From Crenobacter cavernae (GTDB taxonomy: Bacteria; Pseudomonadota; Gammaproteobacteria; Burkholderiales; Chromobacteriaceae): 32,000 bases of DNA. Positions 8,392 through 16,664 of the stretch are shown in pieces. How positions within the stretch are numbered: the stretch's first letter is position 1; each line of letters begins with the position of its first letter. The notes beneath the pieces are model-generated. The model was not told the DNA's origin and ran no database searches. It was given only the letters and a program-made list of their open reading frames with translations. The DNA is taken from positions 2,200,242-2,232,241 of the forward strand of contig NZ_CP031337.1 in assembly GCF_003355495.1 (NCBI RefSeq). Reading direction: 5' to 3'. A program made the position numbers and the translations under genes.

Positions 8392-9675
8392 TCAGGGTTG
8401 GGTGTGCGGCAAGGGTTCGAGTGTGCGCAGCTTCAGCGCGGCGGCGAGGCAGACGGCGAGGCCCGCGCCCAGCAGCGCGGCGACGCCTGACCAGCCGCCC
8501 GCGTCCCACATCAGCCCCGAGACGGTGCCCAGCCCGCTCGAGCCGAGGTAGTAGGCGGTCAGATACAGTGCGGTGGCGAGCGCGCGGTGCTCGGTCACGC
8601 GGCGGCCGACCCAGCTGCTGGCGACCGAGTGCGCGCCGAAGAAGCCGAAGGTGAACAGCGCGATGCCGGGCACGATCACCCACAAGGTCGGCGCGACGGT
8701 CAGCGCCAGGCCGGCGGCCATATTCGCGACCATCCACCACAGCACGTGGCGGCGGCCGTAGCGGTCGGCGAGCCGGCCGGCCCACGCCGACGCGGCCATG
8801 CCGACCACGTAGAGGCCGAACACCGCGCCCTGCGCGCTGTGGCTCAAGCTAAACGGCGCGCTGCCGAGTCGGTAGCCGAGGTAGTTGTACAGGCTGACCA
8901 TGCAGCCCATCAGCACGAAGCCGATCAGGAACAGCCACGGCAGGCCGGCGTCGGCGAAGTGCGTCTTCACACCGGAAGAGAGCGTCGAAAGCCGCACGCG
9001 GCGCGCGCGAAAGTGCTGCGACGCGGGCAGGCTGTGCCAGAACAGCAGCGCGGCGACGAGGCCGAAGCCGCCGAGCGCGCCGACCGCCCAGCGCCACGAC
9101 AGCCAGTCGGCCAACAGCGACGCAATCAGCCGGCCGCTCATGCCGCCCAAGGCGTTGCCGGCGATGTAGAGGCCCATCGAGCGGCCGAGCGATTTCGGGT
9201 CAATTTCTTCGGAAAGGTAGGCCATCGCGACCGCCGGCAGGCCGGCGAGCGCGACGCCCATCAGCGCGCGCAAGCCAACCAGCTGCGAGAAGTCGTGCGC
9301 GAACGCGGCGGCGAGCATCAGGATGGCGCCGGCGAACAGCGACGCGTTCATCAGCGGCTTGCGGCCGTAGCGGTCGGCCAGCAGGCTGGCCGGGATCAGC
9401 ATCGCCGCCATGGTGCCGGTCGCGGCCGACACGACGCCGCTGGCGGCGGCCGGGCTGGCGCCGAATTCGGCGGAAAACACCGGCATCAGCGGTTGCAGGC
9501 CATAGAGCATCGCGAAGGTGGTGAAGCCGCCGACGAACATCGCCGCGCTGGTGCGGCGGTAGGCGACGCTGCCTGCGACGTGGCGGGCGGCCGGGGCATG
9601 TTGCGGCGGACGTTGCAGCGGGGCAGGGCTGAGCGCCGGGTAGGCGCAGGTCTGTGCGGAGGGGGCGCTGGGCAT
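8392..9675 (-). CDS. MFS transporter (YnfM-like)
   Basis: 12-TM pattern. MFS loop motif LADRYGRKPLM and its repeat LADRYGRRHV. Divergent from a LysR regulator. Confidence 0.85.
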   Translation of the reverse strand: MPSAPSAQTCAYPALSPAPLQRPPQHAPAARHVAGSVAYRRTSAAMFVGGFTTFAMLYGLQPLMPVFSAEFGASPAAASGVVSAATGTMAAMLIPASLLADRYGRKPLMNASLFAGAILMLAAAFAHDFSQLVGLRALMGVALAGLPAVAMAYLSEEIDPKSLGRSMGLYIAGNALGGMSGRLIASLLADWLSWRWAVGALGGFGLVAALLFWHSLPASQHFRARRVRLSTLSSGVKTHFADAGLPWLFLIGFVLMGCMVSLYNYLGYRLGSAPFSLSHSAQGAVFGLYVVGMAASAWAGRLADRYGRRHVLWWMVANMAAGLALTVAPTLWVIVPGIALFTFGFFGAHSVASSWVGRRVTEHRALATALYLTAYYLGSSGLGTVSGLMWDAGGWSGVAALLGAGLAVCLAAALKLRTLEPLPHTQP

Positions 9676-9785
9676 GGTACTGCTCGGGGTTGGCGCACGG
9701 GTAGTGCCGATGGACGTATCGTAAAAAAGCGCTAATATTCAGTCCAATAGATATTTATGGCCTCTGTGATACTTTAAAAATATCA

Positions 9786-10679
9786 ATGGAACTGCGACAC
9801 CTGCGTTACTTCGTGGCGGTGGCCGAGGAGCTGCACTTCACGCGCGCCGCCCAGAGGCTGCACATCGGCCAGCCGCCGCTCAGCCAGCAGATCCAGGCGC
9901 TCGAGGCCGAGCTCGGCGTGCTGCTGTTCGAGCGCAACCGGCGCCGCGTCAGCCTCACGCCGGCCGGCGAGCGCTTTTTGGCGCACGCGCGGCAGATCCT
10001 CGCCGCGACCGACGCGGCCGCGCGCGACGCGCGACGCGCCGCGAGCGGCGAGGTCGGCGAGCTGTCGGTCGGTTTCACGTCGTCGCTGCCGTTCACCAGC
10101 CTGTTGCCGGCGGTGCTCAACGACTACCGGCAGCGCTACCCGGACGTGACGCTCACGCTGCGCGAGTCGTTCACCGCCGACCAGTTCGCCGCGCTGGCCA
10201 ATGGCCGGCTCGACGTCGGCTTCGTGCGCTTCACCGGCATCGAGCCGCCGCCCGGCCTCTCCGTGCGCGAGATCCGCCGCGACGCGCTCAGGCTGGTGAT
10301 CAACGCGCGCCACCCGCTCGCCGCCGAGCCTTCGGTGTCGCTCGCCGCGCTGCGCGACGAGCCGTTCATCACCTACCCGCGCGACGCCGGCACCGGCCTC
10401 GGGCGCCTGGTGCGCCGGCTGTGCCTGGCCGCCGGCTTCGAGCCGCAGGTCGTCCAGGAGGCGCGCGAGGCGACGACGCAGATCGGTCTGGTCGCCGCCG
10501 GGCTCGGCGTCGCGCTCTTGCCGGCGCCGCTCGAATGCGTGCGGCTGGCCGGCGTGCGCTACCTGCCGCTTACCGACGATGTCCACGTGTCGCTCGGCGT
10601 CGCGACGCGCGAAGGAGAAGCGCCGCCGCTTTTGGCGGGCTTCCTCGCGACGCTCGACGCCAGGCTCGGCCAGGCCTGA
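9786..10679 (+). CDS. LysR-family transcriptional regulator
   Basis: N-terminal HTH MELRHLRYFVAVAEELHFTRAAQRLHIGQPPLSQQIQALE, followed by a LysR substrate-binding domain. Confidence 0.9.
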   Translation: MELRHLRYFVAVAEELHFTRAAQRLHIGQPPLSQQIQALEAELGVLLFERNRRRVSLTPAGERFLAHARQILAATDAAARDARRAASGEVGELSVGFTSSLPFTSLLPAVLNDYRQRYPDVTLTLRESFTADQFAALANGRLDVGFVRFTGIEPPPGLSVREIRRDALRLVINARHPLAAEPSVSLAALRDEPFITYPRDAGTGLGRLVRRLCLAAGFEPQVVQEAREATTQIGLVAAGLGVALLPAPLECVRLAGVRYLPLTDDVHVSLGVATREGEAPPLLAGFLATLDARLGQA

Positions 10680-10689
10680 GCCGGCAGCG

Positions 10690-10725
10690 GCTCGGCCAAC
10701 CTTGCAAGGTTGGCCGAGCTTTTTT
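10690..10725 (+). terminator. REP-like 30-nt perfect palindrome plus T6, acting as terminator of the LysR gene
   Basis: GCTCGGCCAACCTTG / CAAGGTTGGCCGAGC followed by TTTTTT, 10 nt after the stop codon. Confidence 0.8.
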
Positions 10726-10832
10726 CGTCAGCGGCGCCACCGCGCGGCTCGACAACGGTTTGCGCGGGCGGCGCGGGCCGCTACCATCGCCGGTTCGTCG
10801 CAAGACGCTGATTCGATTTGGTATTGGTCGGT

Positions 10833-12017
10833 ATGCAAGATTCTGGCCATCGAGGGCTTGCGCGGCTGGGCCGCGCTGATGGTGATCCTCTCGCACGGCG
10901 CGCTGACCTTCTTCCCCTTCCTGCATTCGGGCGAACGCCCCGAGATGAAGACGCCGATGGAGGCGTGGATCTACGATTCGCCCTTGGCCTTCGTCTATTC
11001 CGGCACCGCCGCGGTGTGCATCTTCTTCGCGCTGTCCGGCTACATCCTCGCACGGCGCATCCTCGCCGCACCCGACGTCACGCGCGCGGCGACCTCGATG
11101 CTGGTCAAGCGCTACTGCCGGTGCTCGTGTCCTGCCTGATGGGCTACGCGCTGTTCGCGACCGACTTCCTCGGCGTCGACCGCAGTGCGCTGTCGGGCTG
11201 GATCCAGGCTTACGGCGACTTCGACTTTACCCTGCCCGGCGCGCTGGCCGAGGGGCTGTGGCGCGCGTTCCTGCTCGCCGATTCGAGCTACAACTGGCCG
11301 CTGTGGACGATGAAGATCGAGCTCTACGGCTCCTTGCTGGTGTTCGCGGTGTGCTGCGTGCTGCCCTGGCTGCGTTTCCGGCGCAGCTTTCTCGCGCTGT
11401 TCGGCGCCGCGCTGGTCTACAGCCGGCCCGAGTCCGAAGGCCTCTTGTATGCGCTGTTCCTGTTGGGGGTCGCGCTGTCGCTCGACGAGTGGACGCTGCC
11501 GACGCCTCTCGCCGTCGCGCTTGCCGCGCTCGGCATCTACGCCAGCGCGTTCAACGAGGGCAACCACCTGCACGCGCTGTTCGACGACGTGCACCTGAGT
11601 CTCAACGGCGCAGAACTGTCGCGCGAGTACCTGTTCAACGCGATCGGCGGCGCGTCGCTCGCGGTCGCGGTGCTGCACCATCCGCGCTGCAGCCGCTGGT
11701 TCTCGGACCCGTGGCTGGTCAAGCTCGGCGAGTTGTCGTTCGGCGCCTACCTCGTCCACATGCTGGTGCTCGCCAGCTTCGGCGCGTGGCTGTTCGACTT
11801 CGTGCTGCCGCGCGCCGGCTACGTCGCCGCCGGCATGGTCGGCCTCGTCTCCTCGGTGGTCGTGATCTACGCACTCGCCCACCCCTACGCGCGCCACGTC
11901 GACCAGACGAGCGTGCGCTGGTCGAACCGCTTGGTGAAAAGGCTGCTGCACCAGCCGGCCGGATCGCCAGAGTTGGCCGAGGCTCGGCCGACGTTTCCGG
12001 TCAATACCCGTACTTAG
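10833..12017 (+). pseudogene. Acyltransferase family 3 (OafA/YrhL-like) membrane protein whose conserved N-terminal block is in a different frame
   Basis: Frame 1 (about 10837-11115) encodes KILAIEGLRGWAALMVILSHG...FFALSGYIL...LVKRY. The ATG at 10833 and the remaining roughly 300 codons (LPVLVSCLMGYALF...WPLWTMKIELYGSL...) are in frame 3. Confidence 0.7.
11973..11991. repeat. REP-like half-sites head to head (TTGGCCGAG-GCTCGGCCGA) inside the 3' end of the acyltransferase ORF
   Basis: The core motif occurs in both orientations with no loop. It is translated as the ...ELAEARPT... tail. Confidence 0.6.
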
Positions 12018-12090
12018 GATGACTGCCGCGTGCATGGCGTTAGGGTGGCTGCTATCGATACCGCCGGATGCATGAGGCCCTGGCAAAGCA

Positions 12091-12122
12091 AAACGCCCGG
12101 TCTTGCGACCGGGCGTTTTTTT
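12091..12122. terminator. Bidirectional rho-independent terminator between convergent genes
   Basis: 12-bp stem AAACGCCCGGTC / GACCGGGCGTTT with a TTGC loop, followed by T7 and preceded by an A-rich tract. Confidence 0.85.
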
Positions 12123-12133
12123 CATCGACAACG

Positions 12134-12152
12134 TTGGCCGAGCCCGGCTCGG
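12134..12152. repeat. Degenerate REP-like element (TTGGCCGAGCC-C-GGCTCGG)
   Basis: The TTGGCCGAGC core is followed by an imperfect inverted copy, just downstream of the oxidoreductase stop. Confidence 0.5.
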
Positions 12153-12154
12153 GC

Positions 12155-12793
12155 TCAGTAGCCGACGGTGAAGCGCTGTCGCGGGTGGGCCGGCTTTTCG
12201 AGCTCGTCGATCAGCGCGACCGCGTAGTCCTCTACCGAGATCGCGCTCTTGCCATCGGCGTCGATCAGCAATTGGTTGGTGCCGAGCCGGAACGTGCCGG
12301 TGCGCTCGCCCGGCGCGATCAGCGCCGACGGGCTCAGCAGCGTCCAGTCGAGCTCCTTTTCCTCGCGCAGCAGGTTCAGCGCCTCGCGCGCGCCGAGCGC
12401 CGACGCCTTCCACTGTTCGGGGAAGTCCGGCGTGTCGACCCCCTGCACGCCGGGCGCGACCTCGAGGCTGCCGGCGCCGCCGACCACCAGCAGGCGCGGC
12501 ACGCTGGCCTGTTTGGCGGCGGCGACGATCGAGCGCACGCCGGCGACGTAGTAGTCGTAGGTGTCGGCCTCGGCGTGGCCGCTGAAGGCGCTGAGCACCG
12601 CGTCGAATCCTTTCAATTGTTCGGCGAGCGCCGCCGTGTCCTGCACGTCGGTCTTGAGCGCGGCGACGTTCGCGTGCTCGGCCAACCTTTCGGGGCGCGA
12701 GACCAGCGCGGTGACCACGTGGCCGCGCGCCAGCGCTTCTTTCAGCAGGCCGGAACCGATGAAACCGGTGGCGCCGATCAGGGCGATGTTCAT
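12155..12793 (-). CDS. NAD(P)H-binding, NmrA/atypical-SDR-like oxidoreductase
   Basis: Rossmann motif MNIALIGATGFIGSGLL; 212 aa. Divergent from a LysR regulator. Confidence 0.85.
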   Translation of the reverse strand: MNIALIGATGFIGSGLLKEALARGHVVTALVSRPERLAEHANVAALKTDVQDTAALAEQLKGFDAVLSAFSGHAEADTYDYYVAGVRSIVAAAKQASVPRLLVVGGAGSLEVAPGVQGVDTPDFPEQWKASALGAREALNLLREEKELDWTLLSPSALIAPGERTGTFRLGTNQLLIDADGKSAISVEDYAVALIDELEKPAHPRQRFTVGY

Positions 12794-12868
12794 GGGGGTT
12801 TCCTTTCGCGGTTGATTTCAGTGACGCCATGGTGTCGCCTATGCAATCACGTGATAATCCGCGCTAGA

Positions 12869-12890
12869 CTGTAATCATTGTTAAGTACAG
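12869..12890. promoter_or_regulatory. Possible LysR operator (CTGTA-N12-TACAG)
   Basis: An inverted repeat in the 106-nt divergent region, 10 nt upstream of the LysR ATG. Confidence 0.25.
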
Positions 12891-12899
12891 CTACACAAT

Positions 12900-13784
12900 A
12901 TGGACGATCTGAAGCGCATGGCGGTGTTCGCCACCGTCGTCGACAAGGGCTCGATGAACGCCGCGGCGCGCGAGCTTTCGATGACGCCGTCGGCGGTCAG
13001 CCAGCACGTCAGGAAGCTCGAGGCCGTGCACGGCGTGGTGCTCTTGCACCGCACGACGAGAAAGCTGACGCTGACCGAGGCCGGGCGGCTGTTCTACCAG
13101 GGCTGCGCCGACATGCTCGCCGCGGCGCGTCTGGCCGAGCAGAGGTTGGCCGAGCTGCGCGACGCGCCGGTCGGCGAACTCAGGCTCGCGGCGACTACCG
13201 GCTTCGCCGGCCCGCTGTTGACCGACGCGCTCGCGCCCTTGCTCGCCGCGCACCCGAAGCTGACCTTGCGGCTGTTTTTCCACGACGAGACCATCGACAT
13301 GGTCGAGAACCGTATCGACCTGGCGATCCGCGTCGGCCAGCTCGCCGACTCGCGCCTCGTCGCGCGCCACCTGGCCGACTGGGACTGCGTGCTGTGCGCG
13401 GCGCCGGCCTACCTCGCGCGCCACGGCACGCCGGCGCACCCGCGCGAGCTCGCGCAGCACCAGTGGATCGCGCTCGAGGCGGGGCGCGCCAACTGGGCGA
13501 CGCTCGAAGGGCCTCACGGAGAGACCGAGACCTTGCGCCTCGAGCCGCGCATCGTCAGCAACAACATCGTCGCCGCGCGCGAATTCGTCTACGCCGGGCT
13601 CGGCGTCGCGATCCAGCCCGAGCCCGAGGTGCGCGGCGCGCTCGAGGCCGGCCGGCTGTTGCGGCTGTTGCCTGACTGGCGCTTTGCCCCGCTCGGCCTC
13701 TACGCGGTCACGCCGCGCCGCGACGCGCAGCCGGCCAAGGTGCGCTACGCGATCGACGCGCTGCGCGAGCGCTTGCGCGCCTGA
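12900..13784 (+). CDS. LysR-family transcriptional regulator
   Basis: HTH MDDLKRMAVFATVVDKGSMNAAARELSMTPSAVSQHVRKLE plus a LysR effector domain. Confidence 0.9.
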   Translation: MDDLKRMAVFATVVDKGSMNAAARELSMTPSAVSQHVRKLEAVHGVVLLHRTTRKLTLTEAGRLFYQGCADMLAAARLAEQRLAELRDAPVGELRLAATTGFAGPLLTDALAPLLAAHPKLTLRLFFHDETIDMVENRIDLAIRVGQLADSRLVARHLADWDCVLCAAPAYLARHGTPAHPRELAQHQWIALEAGRANWATLEGPHGETETLRLEPRIVSNNIVAAREFVYAGLGVAIQPEPEVRGALEAGRLLRLLPDWRFAPLGLYAVTPRRDAQPAKVRYAIDALRERLRA

Positions 13785-13794
13785 ATCCGCGCGA

Positions 13795-13815
13795 TTCGGC
13801 CAACGTTGGCCGAGC
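13795..13815. repeat. REP-like palindrome (TTCGGCCAAC-GTTGGCCGAGC)
   Basis: An 18-nt perfect palindrome TCGGCCAACGTTGGCCGA, 11 nt after the LysR stop. Confidence 0.75.
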
Positions 13816-13883
13816 CCGCCCGGCGGGCCGCCTAAGCTTGAAACGGTAAGCGCGCTAAACCATCGCCGCGCAGGGAGCCCGCC

Positions 13884-14846
13884 ATGCACGATCCGATCGC
13901 CGCCATCCTCGATAAGCAGCCGTTGATGATCCTCGACGGCGCGCTCGCCAGCGAACTCGAGCGCCGCGGCGCCGACCTCGCCGACCCGCTGTGGTCGGCC
14001 AAGCTCTTGATCGAATCCCCCGACGCGATCCGCCGGCTGCACGCCGACTACTACGCCGCCGGCGCCGACGTCGCCATCACCGCCAGCTACCAGGCGAGCT
14101 TCCAAGGTTTCGCCGCGCGCGGGCTGGACCGGTACGAGGCCGTGCGGCTGATGCGGCTGTCGGTAGGGCTCGCAAGAGAAGCGCGCGACGGCTTCTGGGC
14201 GGTCGAGGCCAACCGCGCCGGGCGGGTGAAACCGCTGGTCGCCGCGTCGGTAGGCCCGTACGGCGCGGTGCTCGCCGACGGTTCGGAATACCGCGGCGAC
14301 TACGGCCTGACCGTGTCGCAGCTGATGGACTTCCACCGGCCACGCCTCGACGCGCTGCTGTCGGCCGGGCCCGAGCTGCTGGCGTGCGAGACGCTGCCGT
14401 CCATGCTCGAGGCCGAGGCGCTGGCTCGCGTGCTTTCCGACGACTTCACCGACGCGCGCGCCTGGGTCAGCTTCACCTGCCGCGACGGCGCGCATACCGC
14501 CGACGGCGGCGTGTTCGCCGATGCGGTGGCGCTGCTGTCGGGCGTCGAACAGGTGGTCGCGGTGGGAGTGAACTGCACCGCGCCGGCCTACGTCGCCGAG
14601 CTGATAAGCCGCGCGAGCGTGGTCAGCACCAAGCCCTTGCTCGCCTACCCGAACTCGGGCGAGCGCTACGACGCCGAGCACAAGTGCTGGCACGGCCGGG
14701 CCGACGACTTCGCCGCGCTGGCGCACGACTGGTTCGCCGCCGGCGCGCGCTTGATCGGCGGCTGCTGCCGCACCGGACCGGCCGACATCCGCGCCCTGTC
14801 GGTTTGGCGTCGCGAACTGGCCGCCGCCGGCACGGGGCGAGGGTAA
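13884..14846 (+). CDS. mmuM: Homocysteine S-methyltransferase
   Basis: ILDGALASELERRGADL..DPLWSAKLL, and the Zn-binding Cys motifs VGVNCT and GGCCRTGP. Confidence 0.9.
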   Translation: MHDPIAAILDKQPLMILDGALASELERRGADLADPLWSAKLLIESPDAIRRLHADYYAAGADVAITASYQASFQGFAARGLDRYEAVRLMRLSVGLAREARDGFWAVEANRAGRVKPLVAASVGPYGAVLADGSEYRGDYGLTVSQLMDFHRPRLDALLSAGPELLACETLPSMLEAEALARVLSDDFTDARAWVSFTCRDGAHTADGGVFADAVALLSGVEQVVAVGVNCTAPAYVAELISRASVVSTKPLLAYPNSGERYDAEHKCWHGRADDFAALAHDWFAAGARLIGGCCRTGPADIRALSVWRRELAAAGTGRG

Positions 14847-14922
14847 GCCATTACCTGCCTTTTTTTGGCAAGCGCCCTATCCTGAATCAAACCGGTCCGA
14901 TAACGGTTTACAGTTCCGCCAG

Positions 14923-14948
14923 GCCGCCCGCCGCTTTTCGCGGGCGGC
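14923..14948. repeat. GC-rich hairpin GCCGCCCGC-N8-GCGGGCGGC (second hairpin family)
   Basis: 9-bp GC-only stem. The same arm sequence recurs at 19655-19680. There is no U-tract. Confidence 0.5.
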
Positions 14949-14977
14949 GGTCAAGGCGCAGTCGGGGAGACAGAACC

Positions 14978-15190
14978 ATGACGATCGACCACTTCAACCA
15001 CATCGCGGACCTGATCGGTCTGAAGAAAAAATCGCGTGAGGCGGTCTTGCTGATGGAAATCGAGGGGATGACCGGCTATTCGGCGGCCAAGCAGATGGAC
15101 CTCAGCGAATCGACGGTGTCGCGCGCGCATTCGCGCTTTCGCAAGGCGATCAAGGAAATCAATTCGCTGGCCAAGTTCCTGCCGCTGTGA
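14978..15190 (+). CDS. Small (70 aa) helix-turn-helix DNA-binding protein (PapB/KorA/TrfB-like architecture)
   Basis: GGGGAGA RBS 7 nt upstream. The HTH-like segment is GYSAAKQMDLSESTVSRAHSRFRKAI. The family assignment is by resemblance only. Confidence 0.65.
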   Translation: MTIDHFNHIADLIGLKKKSREAVLLMEIEGMTGYSAAKQMDLSESTVSRAHSRFRKAIKEINSLAKFLPL

Positions 15191-15245
15191 GGGGGCGCGC
15201 GACAGGCGGAGAGTTTTTCAAGGGGGTCGTTAAGGGGGGGTAAAA

Positions 15246-15279
15246 GCCGGGGGCGATCAGATCGCCGCCGGTTTTTTTT
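15246..15279. terminator. Rho-independent terminator (T8); an A-rich tract on the other side allows bidirectional use
   Basis: CCGGGGGCGAT / ATCGCCGCCGG stem (one mismatch) followed by TTTTTTTT. Confidence 0.85.
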
Positions 15280-15318
15280 GCGTCTTGGGCCGCGGGGGAC
15301 AGGGTTGGCCGAGCCTGT

Positions 15319-16179
15319 TCAATGCCGGTGTTCGTACAGCGCGCCCGGAATCGCCGGCTTGTCCAGTCCGCCCGCGTCGAGCCAGCGGCGCGTCGTTAGT
15401 GCGGCCTGTTCGATCAGACTGCCGCACTGGTTGTAGTCGTACGGCGACGTCGACAGCGGACACAGCGGCGGCACGACGTAGATCTGCGCGCGCTGCGACA
15501 GCGCCTCGATGTCCTTCACCAGCTGGCGGGCGATCAACAGTGTCAGCGCGTGCATCGCCTGCGCGATCACGCCGCGCGGCGCCTGTTGCAGCGCACAGGC
15601 GAAACCCGCCGGTAGGACGATCACGCGTTCGGCGCCGAGGCGCACCGCGACTGACACCGGCGTGTTGTTGGCGACGCCGCCGTCGACCAGCTCGCGCCCG
15701 TCGATGCGCACCGGCGGGAACACGCCGGGGATGGCGGCGCTGGCGAGCACCGCGTCGACCGCCGGACCACGAGACAGTACGATCTCGTCGCCGGTCAACA
15801 GGTCGGTCGCGACGACGTAGAGCGGCACGCTGGCTTCCTCCAGCCTCGCGTACGGCAAATGCCGGTGCAACAGCCGCCTGAGGCCGCTCGACTCGACCAG
15901 ATGCTGGCGACGGCGCAAGAGCGTCGAGCACAGCCCGGCCAGCGTCATCGGCATCACGTCGCGGCGCTTGATGCCGCTCCAGATCGCTTCGAGCCCGGCC
16001 ACGCCGTCGGCGTCGGGGCGGCCGGCGAAGTAGGCGCCGTTGATCGCGCCGGCCGACGCGCCGACCACCACGTCGGGGCGTTCGCCGGTCTTCACCAGTT
16101 CGCGCAGCATGCCGACCTCGACCGCGCCCAGGCTGCCGCCGCCCGCGAAAACGAATGCGGTCCTTGTTCCATCCGCCAT
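15319..16179 (-). CDS. Patatin-like phospholipase
   Basis: Oxyanion motif FAGGGSLG, serine lipase motif GASAG, and a DGG aspartate motif (VDGGVANN). Confidence 0.9.
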   Translation of the reverse strand: MADGTRTAFVFAGGGSLGAVEVGMLRELVKTGERPDVVVGASAGAINGAYFAGRPDADGVAGLEAIWSGIKRRDVMPMTLAGLCSTLLRRRQHLVESSGLRRLLHRHLPYARLEEASVPLYVVATDLLTGDEIVLSRGPAVDAVLASAAIPGVFPPVRIDGRELVDGGVANNTPVSVAVRLGAERVIVLPAGFACALQQAPRGVIAQAMHALTLLIARQLVKDIEALSQRAQIYVVPPLCPLSTSPYDYNQCGSLIEQAALTTRRWLDAGGLDKPAIPGALYEHRH

Positions 16180-16374
16180 GCCGCCTCCCGCTATTCGATA
16201 CCGTGTCGGCTCAGCCGAGCCTCCGTTGCTTTATAGGTCGGTGCGGCACGCGCGATCTGTCAGCCGGTCAAAAAATACCAAATACATGTTTTTGCGAGGG
16301 TTTGTCACCCAAAAGGCGGGTATACGGTCATCGACATGCTTTTGCATCTAGTTCACACGCTATGGGGCAAGATA

Positions 16375-16398
16375 AGGCGGCTTCGCCGCCTGTTTTTT
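16375..16398 (+). terminator. Orphan rho-independent terminator in the long region upstream of ompA
   Basis: AGGCGGC, TTC loop, GCCGCCT, then G and TTTTTT. No credible ORF ends here. Confidence 0.65.
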
Positions 16399-16476
16399 AA
16401 TCGCTCCGCTATGGTCAACGCACACGAAATAAAAGCAGGCCTTATTCCGCCTGTGTTGTGCGGTTCACACGCCTTC

Positions 16477-16504
16477 TTGTCACCCCACACCAACAGCATA
16501 AAAA
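16477..16504 (+). promoter_or_regulatory. Candidate ompA promoter (TTGTCA-16 nt-TAAAAA)
   Basis: Hexamers at 16477-16482 and 16499-16504. This would give a 5' UTR of about 150 nt, comparable to the long ompA leader known from E. coli. Confidence 0.3.
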
Positions 16505-16664
16505 AAGGTTGGGGCTGCCCAGCCGCTTTCCTATGCTTCAGGCGTCGGCCTGTTGATTGGGGCGTTTCCTCGCATCACCGGCATTCGTATCCATCATGCT
16601 GATTGTTACCCCGGTTCATGGCGTCTGCTTGTTTCGCATCGTCCCCGACGAAAGGAGTGAGTGA

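Noticed and set aside
15191-15253. Four G-runs (G5, G5, G7, G5) downstream of the small HTH gene as a potential G-quadruplex.
   Set aside because: The first loop would be 26 nt. The last run is part of the terminator stem. G-runs are common at this GC content, and I have no evidence of function.
16336-16602. An 88-aa ORF in the ompA upstream region.
   Set aside because: It reads straight through an intrinsic terminator. It has A/T-rich third positions unlike real genes here, no RBS and no recognisable motif.
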